Source: an uncultured Ferruginibacter sp. (lineage in GTDB: Bacteria; Bacteroidota; Bacteroidia; Chitinophagales; Chitinophagaceae). Taken from it: a stretch of DNA of 64,000 nucleotides. Location: positions 3,387-67,386 of the forward strand of contig CAYVLT010000001.1 of the NCBI GenBank assembly GCA_964452405.1, read 5' to 3'. The notes beneath the pieces were generated by a model. The model had not been told where the DNA came from and did no database searches. It was given only the letters and a program-made list of their open reading frames with translations. Shown in pieces: positions 36,453-44,632 of the stretch (positions within the stretch are counted from its first letter, which is position 1; every line of letters starts with the position of its first letter). Made by a program: the position numbers and the translations under genes.

Positions 36453-36786
36453 TTTTCCTGTTTCCTTTAGGGAGGTTAATAATAGTTTTTAACAGGAACA
36501 GGATTACTGGTAGTGGAAGTCCGCAAACTGCGGAGGCGCTACAGGGTAAAATGAGTAGACGTTTATTCCTTATCTAAGAAGTAAATCAACGCCTTATGGT
36601 TGCAAATTTCAGCTATTTTTTTAAATATTCAGCATCTATTTGCGCCGCCATCACTTTGTCCCTTTTTCAATACCTGTTCCGGTACTACCACTATTACCGA
36701 GAATATGCCAGTTGTTATGAAGCAGAAAATCAGCCATTTATATATCTTTTGCATCGTTTTTTGTCCGGATGGGGGAGAACTGTTCC

Positions 36787-36821
36787 AAAAAGCGGAACGG
36801 GTACTGCCATGGCAATACCCG
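36787..36821 (-). terminator. Probable terminator of the RND operon
   Basis: CGGGTACTGCC (36798-808) / GGCAATACCCG (36811-21) stem, followed on the minus strand by TTCCGCTTTTT. Confidence 0.55.
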
Positions 36822-36847
36822 CTTCACTTTATGATAACTGCCTGTTA

Positions 36848-39800
36848 TCAGAACCAACTCCGGTTCCAGGTTTCCCCGGCCGACCCGTTTCTGGCTCTTC
36901 TTCTTTTTACATCCATCCGGTGTTTGATCAACGTAATAATAATCATAGGAAGGAAAACGAATGTAAGCGGCGGAATGCCCATAAAGCTTACCCATTTTCC
37001 ACCATACATTCTTCTCATAGGTCTTCTCAATCTTTCTGCGATCAGGTACATGGCGGGTACAATCACCAACGTCATGAAAAATGCAAATGCCAATCCGAAA
37101 ATGATCGTCCAGCTCAATGGCTTCCAGAATACAGCATTGTCTCCTCCGAAGAAAATATGCGGATTCAGTTCGGAGAACAACGTAACAAAATCAATATTAA
37201 ATCCGATCGCAAGCGGTATCAGTGCCAGTATCGCTGCCAGTGCTGTTAACAGTACCGGGATGATCCTCGTTTTACCAGCCTGCACCACGGCCTCTTTTGT
37301 TTTTAAACCACGGCCACGGAGTTCATCTGCAAATTCAATCACCAATATACCATTCTTCACTACAATGCCTGCCAGGCCTACGATACCGATACCCGTCATT
37401 ACCACCGACACCTGCATTTTGGTGATCGCAAAACCTAACAATACACCGATCACACTAAATACGATCTCTGTTAAAATGATCACCGGCTTACTCACCGAGT
37501 TGAACTGGATTACCAATATCAATAAAATCAGCAACAATGCAATCACCAAAGCTTTACCAAGAAATGCTCCTGTTTCCGCCTGTTGTTTTCCTTCACCGGT
37601 TTGTTTGATGTTCACGTCGTCGGATTTCAACTTAAAGTTGGCGATCCGTTTGGCAATTTCAGCATTCACAGCGGTAGGCGTATAACCCGACAATACATTC
37701 GAACGAAGTGTGATCACCCTTTTCTGATCTTTTCTTTTCACACTACCAAGCGTACTGGTAAGATCCACTTTTACCACGCTGCTGATAGGCACTCTTTTGA
37801 TCTGCCCCCCGCTGGCAAAATCCCTGAACACAATTTCCATATTCAGCAGGTCGCTGAGACTGTTACGCTGCGTTTTTTCGTTCCTGATCTGTATTTTATA
37901 TTCGTCTTCACCTTCTTTGATTTTAGAGGCTTCTTTTCCAAACAAAGCTGTACGAAGCTGCATGCCGATCTGTGCTGTGCTCACGCCGTTTATCAAAGCC
38001 CGCTCCCTGTCAACCGTGAGGGTGATCTCAGGATTTTTCAGGTCAACATCCATTTTTAATTCTTCCACCCCCGGTACATTTACGGAGTCAAGATAATTTT
38101 TCAGGCTCACAGCTGTTTTGATCAGGTTGTCAAACTCTTCACTTGATACCTCGATATTAACCGGTGGATCAGTGGGAGGCCCTCCTTTTTCCTGGTCAAC
38201 GGAAATCTCTGCGCCTGGTATTCCTTTCAACGAGTTCCGGATCGAATCAAGATAAGGTCGTGTTGACTTACCATCCCTTTTTTCATATTCTACAAAAGAG
38301 ATCTGGATACGGCCCAGTTCGCTCCGGGTGCTGCGGTCTCCACTGGTGGGATCACTGGCACCAACAGCCACATTGGTGATCACACTTTCCACTAAAGGAT
38401 TGGTCTTATTCTTTTCTATACCCAGCACCTTATTTACCTTGGTTTCAAGTGTGTGGGTTACAGAATCAGTATAATCAACGGATGTACCTACCGGTAACTT
38501 GAGGTATACATAAATAAAATTTGGATCGCCCTGCGGGAAGAACACCACGGGTACCTGCCGCCACCCAAAGAAAATAAAGGTGAAGATGAGCAATACGATG
38601 GTTCCCAGTAACAGGTGTACCGGCCTCCAGCCTTTCAATGCCCAGCGCAGCAGGTTTTCGTAGTGGCTCATGATCCATGGCAAGGCTCTGTTCTGGAAAC
38701 TGTGTATTGCGGTATCCAGCACGTATTTATTGAAAACACCCAGCAGGGCAAACAGCAACAGCAGGTTTCCAAAAAAGTGATACACACTGCCTGGCTCCAC
38801 GATATCATCACCGGTAACAATGCCCACCACCTCGCTGTTTTTTGCCATGCCTATAACGTTCAGGAGTATCCCAACAGCTACCAGCGCCCAGAAGGTTGGT
38901 TTTTTAAAGATGGCCGATTTGGGTTCCTTGCCATGCTCTTCGTGGTTCATGAAATCAACTGCAAAAACAGGGTTCATGATGAAGGCAACGATAAGGGAGG
39001 CGGAAAGTGTAAAGATGAGCATCGTGGGCAGGTACACCATAAACTTACCGATGATGCCGGGCCAGAAAAGTAATGGCACAAAGGGAGCCAGCGTGGTTAA
39101 CGTACCGGCCAGCACCGGGTACCAAACTTCACCAGCAGCCATCACAGCACTTCGTTCAGATGAGATGGTTCCCTTGCCCTGTGTAAAAATCCGGTGTGTG
39201 TTTTCAATCACCACAATGGCATCATCCACAATAATACCAAGGCCGAACAGCAGGGCAAACAACACAATAAAGTTGAGTGTTACATGCGTACCCACAATAA
39301 GATCCGCTGCGGGTAAAAACTGGAAGGCCACAAACATACTCAATGGTACACTCAGTGCCACAAAAAATGCGTTCGTCACACCCATGAAAAACATCAGGAT
39401 GATGAGTACAAGGATGAAGCCGATCACGATTGAGTTTACCAGATCATTGAAAGAAGTACGGGTTTTTACACTTTGATCGCCGGTGATCACAACGTTCAGG
39501 TCTTTCGGAAAATGATTGGCTTGCATTTCTTTCACCACCTCTTTAATGGCATCGCTGGTTTCGATCAGGTTTTCACCAGCTCTTTTGATGATGTTGAGCG
39601 TGATCACGTTTTGCCCGTTCAGCCGGGCATAACTTTCCCTTTCTTTAACCGTGTCCTTTATCACGGCAATATCTTTGAGGTAGATGGGTGCGCCGGCAGT
39701 ATTGCGTACCAGCACCTGTTCAATATCAAAGGCTGTTTTAAACTGTCCTTTCAATTGAAGGGTACGTTTCATATTGCCTACATCGAGCAAGCCGCCGGTA

Positions 39801-40498
39801 ATGTCAACATTTTCCCTTTGCACGGCATTGGCGATATCATCAAAGGTTACATTGGCTGCCTGCATCCGGTAGTTATCTACATTTATCTGGAACTCACGCT
39901 CAGGTGCACCCACAAGATCAACCCGGTTTAGTTGCGATAGTTCTTCCAGTTTATCCTTCAGGTCATCTGCATATTTTTTTAAACGTACCAGGTCATAATC
40001 ACCGCTCACATTCACATACATAATGGGTTGTTCACTAAAACTTACTTCAAGTACAGTAGGTTCCTGGGTGAGATCGGTAGGAAGGTCTTTTTTAGCTTTG
40101 TCTACCGCATCCTTTACTTTTTGCAGGGCCACATCTGTTTTTACATCAGTTTCAAACTCCACCGTAATGGCTGAGTAATCCTGTTGTGAACTGCTCTGCA
40201 CCTTATTGATCTTGGCGCCGGTGATCGTTTTGATCTGTTTTTCTATGGGTTTGGTGATCAGGTTTTCGATGTCTTTCGGCGAGTTACCCACATTGATAGT
40301 CTGGATATAAATGGTAGGGATCACAATATCCGGAAACTGTTCTTTGGGAAGGGTTACAAACTGGTAAACACCCATGAGCGTAACCACCACCATCAACAGG
40401 TAAATGGAGGTTTTATTTTTGATCGACCAGGTGGTGGGCTTGAACTGCTTTTTTATATCATCGAACCCTTTGGCAATGCTTTGTTGTAAACTAGACAT
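36848..40498 (-). CDS. RND efflux permease (AcrB/AcrD/AcrF family)
   Basis: LPKEQFPDI, GIIVDDAIVVIEN (TM4), VVKNGILVIEF (TM10), RIIPVLLT (TM11). Confidence 0.95.
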   Translation of the reverse strand: MSSLQQSIAKGFDDIKKQFKPTTWSIKNKTSIYLLMVVVTLMGVYQFVTLPKEQFPDIVIPTIYIQTINVGNSPKDIENLITKPIEKQIKTITGAKINKVQSSSQQDYSAITVEFETDVKTDVALQKVKDAVDKAKKDLPTDLTQEPTVLEVSFSEQPIMYVNVSGDYDLVRLKKYADDLKDKLEELSQLNRVDLVGAPEREFQINVDNYRMQAANVTFDDIANAVQRENVDITGGLLDVGNMKRTLQLKGQFKTAFDIEQVLVRNTAGAPIYLKDIAVIKDTVKERESYARLNGQNVITLNIIKRAGENLIETSDAIKEVVKEMQANHFPKDLNVVITGDQSVKTRTSFNDLVNSIVIGFILVLIILMFFMGVTNAFFVALSVPLSMFVAFQFLPAADLIVGTHVTLNFIVLFALLFGLGIIVDDAIVVIENTHRIFTQGKGTISSERSAVMAAGEVWYPVLAGTLTTLAPFVPLLFWPGIIGKFMVYLPTMLIFTLSASLIVAFIMNPVFAVDFMNHEEHGKEPKSAIFKKPTFWALVAVGILLNVIGMAKNSEVVGIVTGDDIVEPGSVYHFFGNLLLLFALLGVFNKYVLDTAIHSFQNRALPWIMSHYENLLRWALKGWRPVHLLLGTIVLLIFTFIFFGWRQVPVVFFPQGDPNFIYVYLKLPVGTSVDYTDSVTHTLETKVNKVLGIEKNKTNPLVESVITNVAVGASDPTSGDRSTRSELGRIQISFVEYEKRDGKSTRPYLDSIRNSLKGIPGAEISVDQEKGGPPTDPPVNIEVSSEEFDNLIKTAVSLKNYLDSVNVPGVEELKMDVDLKNPEITLTVDRERALINGVSTAQIGMQLRTALFGKEASKIKEGEDEYKIQIRNEKTQRNSLSDLLNMEIVFRDFASGGQIKRVPISSVVKVDLTSTLGSVKRKDQKRVITLRSNVLSGYTPTAVNAEIAKRIANFKLKSDDVNIKQTGEGKQQAETGAFLGKALVIALLLILLILVIQFNSVSKPVIILTEIVFSVIGVLLGFAITKMQVSVVMTGIGIVGLAGIVVKNGILVIEFADELRGRGLKTKEAVVQAGKTRIIPVLLTALAAILALIPLAIGFNIDFVTLFSELNPHIFFGGDNAVFWKPLSWTIIFGLAFAFFMTLVIVPAMYLIAERLRRPMRRMYGGKWVSFMGIPPLTFVFLPMIIITLIKHRMDVKRRRARNGSAGETWNRSWF

Positions 40499-40577
40499 TA
40501 TACAGTTATTTTTTTGTCGGCTTTATATATTCATTTGGTAACGTATCACATAAGTTTTCACTGGTAGGCATACACGA

Positions 40578-41777
40578 TTACTGGGTGGTGATCACGAGCC
40601 CGTCATATAAACTCTGGAAGCCTTCTGTCACCAGCACATCTCCCGGTTTAAGACCGGTTTTAATTTCGAGCATATCACCGTTTAAAAAGCCGATCGTCAC
40701 AGGCCTTTTACGGGCCACCAGCTTGCCGTTTTCTGTTACAGCCACCATCACAAACTTTCCTTTTTCGTCATTTTGAATGGTAGCCACCGGCACCACCATC
40801 GCACTGCTGGCTGAATAATCTTTAATTTTCATCAGGGCTATCTGGTTGGGCTTCAGGGTTGGCTCAGTTGGTAACTTAGCTTCCACGGTAAAACCACGGC
40901 TCAGGGAATTGATAGTGGCACCTACAAAGCTTACGGTGCTGTTGATCGTTTTGCCGGCGTCGGGAACATTCACAATCACATCCGAACCCTTGTGTACATT
41001 GGTAAGGTAGTTTTCAGGAATATTACCCGTTACCTTCAATTGGGAGTTGTTTACTATTTCAATGCCCTGCGTAGAGGCAGATGCTGCGCTGAATGTTTCA
41101 CCCACTCTGATATTAACAACATTGGCAACACCACTCACTTCGCTGTACACATTCGTCATGTTGAGTTGCTCCTGCGTCACTTTCATGTTTTCTTCTGCAG
41201 TCTTTAACTGGTTTTCGAGGGTGTTCACATTGTTTTTTGCGGAGATCAGCTGTACTTCGGTACCGATATTCTGATCCCAGAGATTTTTCTGGCGTTGATA
41301 AATATTCCGGGCATAGGCCAATTGGGTCTTGAACGTTTCAAGGCCCTCCTTTGCTGCATTTACACTTTGCCTTGCCAATGCATCGTCCAGTTTCATCAGC
41401 AATTGTCCTTTGTTTACATGATCACCCTGTTTTACATAAATGGCTTTTACCACACCGCCCATTCCTCTCGGGGTAACATAACTGATATTTTCGCTTTCAA
41501 TCTTACCCTGCAATTCAATGTAATGACTGAAATCTGTGGCTTCCAGTGTTTGAACAGCCACCAGTTTTGGTTTTTGAACTGCAAGGCTGGAAGGATCCAG
41601 TTTCCCGATCTCTGTTTCGGTTTTTTGAATTTTATCTTCTAACTTTTCCTTTTCAGTTTTTAATTTTTCCAGTTCAGCTTTTTTATCATTCAGTGCCGCA
41701 TTTTTGTCTTTAGCGCTGCCACCGCAGGATGATAAAATAACCAGGGCCGCCAGGCCGGTTGCCAGGTATTGTTTCAT
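40578..41777 (-). CDS. RND periplasmic adaptor (membrane fusion protein), lipoprotein
   Basis: Lipobox LSSC; GGVVKAIYVKQGDHVNKGQLL hairpin; GLKPGDVLVTEG; start moved to MKQYLA. Confidence 0.92.
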   Translation of the reverse strand: MKQYLATGLAALVILSSCGGSAKDKNAALNDKKAELEKLKTEKEKLEDKIQKTETEIGKLDPSSLAVQKPKLVAVQTLEATDFSHYIELQGKIESENISYVTPRGMGGVVKAIYVKQGDHVNKGQLLMKLDDALARQSVNAAKEGLETFKTQLAYARNIYQRQKNLWDQNIGTEVQLISAKNNVNTLENQLKTAEENMKVTQEQLNMTNVYSEVSGVANVVNIRVGETFSAASASTQGIEIVNNSQLKVTGNIPENYLTNVHKGSDVIVNVPDAGKTINSTVSFVGATINSLSRGFTVEAKLPTEPTLKPNQIALMKIKDYSASSAMVVPVATIQNDEKGKFVMVAVTENGKLVARKRPVTIGFLNGDMLEIKTGLKPGDVLVTEGFQSLYDGLVITTQ

Positions 41778-41824
41778 GATTGTATGATTATTTGATTTAC
41801 TCATTGTGTTAGATTATTTGCTGG

Positions 41825-43180
41825 TTATAGTTTTCCGGTTGCTTTCAACAGATCCACCCTTGCAATGATGGCATCGTACAACGCACTGATATAATTTGTC
41901 TGGGCAGTTTTTAGATCGGTTTGTGCCGCATTGATCTCTGTGGCAGAGCCGGTACCGGTTTCATATTTCTTTCTTGTTTGATCGTACACTGTTTCCGCCA
42001 GTTGCATGTTTTGCTTTTGAAAATCGATGGTGGAAGTGGCATTGCTGAAATTATTTTTTGCCACCTGCACATCATTGTCAATACTGATTTCCTGGCCGGC
42101 GATGAGGTTTTCCGTTTTTTGCAGTTCAAGTTTGGCTCCGGCAATTTTTGCCCGGGTGGAAAAACCTTTGAAGATCGGGATCGTTAAGTTAACACCAATA
42201 TAAGACGTGGTGAACCAATCTCCGTTTTTATCAAAAAAATTAAAAGTGTTGCGTTGAGCCTGTTTACTGTAGTTGGCAGTAAAACTCAAAGTTGGTATCT
42301 GGCTCAACCGATAACGTTTAATATTATACGCATTTAGTTTTTTGGTTAGCTGCAGCAACTGGTAGTCTTTCCGGTCGCTATACTGGTATTGGGTGCTGGC
42401 AAGTATACCTTCTTTGATCTGGTCTTCACTGATGCTGTCGGTCAACACCAGGCTGTCTTTCAGGGGCATGCCGATCAACAGCTTTAATGCATTGTAACCG
42501 TTCTGCACCCCGTTCAGCACTTTTTCTTTGTCTGTTTGCAGGTTGGTGATCTGTACCGCCAGTTTATCAACATCCACTTTTTCAGCAAAGCCGTTCTTGT
42601 ATATCTCATTCGTGTTGTGGGCTAATAGCTGCAACCGGGCAATATTGGCATCCAGTAAGTCCAGCTGGGTTTTACTTAATACCAGTTGGTAGTAGATCTT
42701 ATAGATGTTTGCCTTCACGGTTTCCTGTGTTATTTCAGCCATTTTTTCTTTGGCGTAAATACTTGTTTTACGTGCCTGCAATCCCACAAATACCTGCCCG
42801 TCAAATAATATCTGCCGCAGGGTAAGCCCGCTGTTAACTGTATATTTCGTTCCGAATCTCACAGGGGTGAAGGTACCTGCCGGTTGCCCTACTATTTCAC
42901 CCGGCAACAGGGTGGTGGGGATATCGAGATAATCGGTAAACCCGCTGTTGGAGGTAAGTTCGGGCAGCGCAGCAGAAGTGATATCACGGTTGCTCTGCTG
43001 CTGCAGCTTTACATCCAGCAACGCATTTTTTACCTGTACCGAATTTTTATTGCCATAATCGATGGCCTGCTGCAGGGAGAAACTGTTTATCGTTTGTGCG
43101 CTTGCGCTGTGTACTGCCAGCATGGCCAGCAGAACCGGTAATAATCCGATCGATTTTTGTACGCTATTTCTTTGTGTCAT
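41825..43180 (-). CDS. tolC: TolC family outer membrane efflux protein
   Basis: SLQQAIDY, two coiled-coil OEP repeats, operon position. Confidence 0.9.
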   Translation of the reverse strand: MTQRNSVQKSIGLLPVLLAMLAVHSASAQTINSFSLQQAIDYGNKNSVQVKNALLDVKLQQQSNRDITSAALPELTSNSGFTDYLDIPTTLLPGEIVGQPAGTFTPVRFGTKYTVNSGLTLRQILFDGQVFVGLQARKTSIYAKEKMAEITQETVKANIYKIYYQLVLSKTQLDLLDANIARLQLLAHNTNEIYKNGFAEKVDVDKLAVQITNLQTDKEKVLNGVQNGYNALKLLIGMPLKDSLVLTDSISEDQIKEGILASTQYQYSDRKDYQLLQLTKKLNAYNIKRYRLSQIPTLSFTANYSKQAQRNTFNFFDKNGDWFTTSYIGVNLTIPIFKGFSTRAKIAGAKLELQKTENLIAGQEISIDNDVQVAKNNFSNATSTIDFQKQNMQLAETVYDQTRKKYETGTGSATEINAAQTDLKTAQTNYISALYDAIIARVDLLKATGKL

Positions 43181-43799
43181 TGCTATGCTTTTTTATTCGC
43201 TCTTGTTGGTATTTTACAATCATTTTATGGCCTTTAAGAGTAGCAAGGCCGAAAAGAAAATGCTCTGTCAGCGCCACTTCCACATCAATAAGCCGGTATT
43301 TATTCTTTGGAAATATTTGTTGGTTAAACGGCAACATCATGCACTCCAGCCGCGATTTTATCAGCACTTCCACTTCCATATCATCGCGGTAGAGTTCTTC
43401 CCTGATACCCCTGCTGATATTATCACTGAGTACTTTAAATAAAAAATTGTACTTGTGTTCGTGAAATACTGCGTATGCTTTCGGATGAAATTTTTCCAGG
43501 TCATTCACAATCGAAGGGTTCATATCGGCAAACATTTCCTGCATCTGCTCCATGGCCAAAAACACTTCATGTACAGCGTCTTTTGCCTGTTCCCTGTCTT
43601 TAATGCAGCCCGCCTGGTTGCCGGTGATCACATCTTTAATGACGGCTTCCACCAGTTCATCCTTATCAGTAAAATACTGGTAAATGGTTTTCTTGCTCAT
43701 GCCCAGGCCGCTGGCGATATCATCCATGCTAACGCTCCGGATGCCGTATTGCATCACCAGGTCGTGGGCCTTTAATTTTATTCTGTCTGTTATTTCCAT
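43164..43799 (-). CDS. TetR/AcrR family transcriptional regulator
   Basis: GIRSVSMDDIASGLGMSKKTIYQYFTDKDEL HTH; start moved to MEITDRIK. Confidence 0.93.
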   Translation of the reverse strand: MEITDRIKLKAHDLVMQYGIRSVSMDDIASGLGMSKKTIYQYFTDKDELVEAVIKDVITGNQAGCIKDREQAKDAVHEVFLAMEQMQEMFADMNPSIVNDLEKFHPKAYAVFHEHKYNFLFKVLSDNISRGIREELYRDDMEVEVLIKSRLECMMLPFNQQIFPKNKYRLIDVEVALTEHFLFGLATLKGHKMIVKYQQERIKKHSNDTKK

Positions 43800-43817
43800 A
43801 GCATCAAATATCGGGCA

Positions 43818-43856
43818 CAAAACTATGGAAACTATTTTCGTTACCGAAGTTTCCAT
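43818..43856 (-). promoter_or_regulatory. tetR operon promoter -7 box (TAGTTTTG) overlapped by a 9-bp inverted repeat, probable TetR operator
   Basis: ATGGAAACT (43825-33) -14 nt- AGTTTCCAT (43848-56); -7 box at 43818-25. Confidence 0.72.
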
Positions 43857-43939
43857 CAGGTTTTTTTGCCATTCATAACAATTTGTTCATTTTACGCCTG
43901 CTGTTTTTAATCTGTTACCTTTGGCCTAAAACAGTTTTT

Positions 43940-44584
43940 ATGAACACGTCATTTGACTACCGCAAGTTGTTCCGCTACTTTTTGCAGGGCATCCTGGTAT
44001 TGGCTCCAATCAGCATCACCATCTGGGCAATTGCTGCAGCCTTTAGTTTTATCGACGGTATTTTACCGAATGCGGTGCATAGCATTTTCCCTTCCATGAT
44101 GGAAGATGCAGAGGGAAATATCCGGCGCATACCGGGCGTGGGGTTTCTTATCATTATCCTCATCGTATTTTTTATCGGGTATATTTCCTCTTCGTTCATT
44201 TTCAGTAAGGTGGTGGATGTGTTTGAACAGGTGCTTGAAAAAACTCCGGGCATCAAATTCATTTATTCCACGGTAAAAGATTTTTTTGAGGCTTTTGCGG
44301 GCGAAAAGAAAAAGTTTACACAGAACGTACTGGCCAATGTAGATGACAATGATGTGTGGCGGGTGGGCTTTGTTACGCAGGAAAATATGGAGGAGTTTGG
44401 CTTGAAAGAATACGTGGCAGTGTACGTACCCATGGCCTATTCGGTGGCAGGAAATGTGTACATCATTCCAAAGTCGAGGGTACGCCCCATTACCAATATC
44501 AGTGCCACCCAAACCATGAAGTTTGCAGTAAGTGGAGGCGTGAGTAACATGGATGAGCACGGCCTTGCTGAGACAAAGAAATAG
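43940..44584 (+). CDS. DUF502 domain membrane protein
   Basis: YFLQGILVLAPISIT, PGIKFIYSTVKDF, GFVTQ, AVYVPMAYSVAG, FAVSGG; start moved to MNTSF, after TACCTTTG at 43916-23. Confidence 0.9.
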   Translation: MNTSFDYRKLFRYFLQGILVLAPISITIWAIAAAFSFIDGILPNAVHSIFPSMMEDAEGNIRRIPGVGFLIIILIVFFIGYISSSFIFSKVVDVFEQVLEKTPGIKFIYSTVKDFFEAFAGEKKKFTQNVLANVDDNDVWRVGFVTQENMEEFGLKEYVAVYVPMAYSVAGNVYIIPKSRVRPITNISATQTMKFAVSGGVSNMDEHGLAETKK

Positions 44585-44632
44585 AAGGAGCTGGTACTTT
44601 TTTTTGCCTGGATAATTTCTAAAAATAATTGT

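Noticed and set aside
36596-37685. 217-aa minus and 361-aa plus ORFs over the RND 3' end
   Set aside because: Alternative-frame or antisense shadows of the RND gene, running across its terminator.
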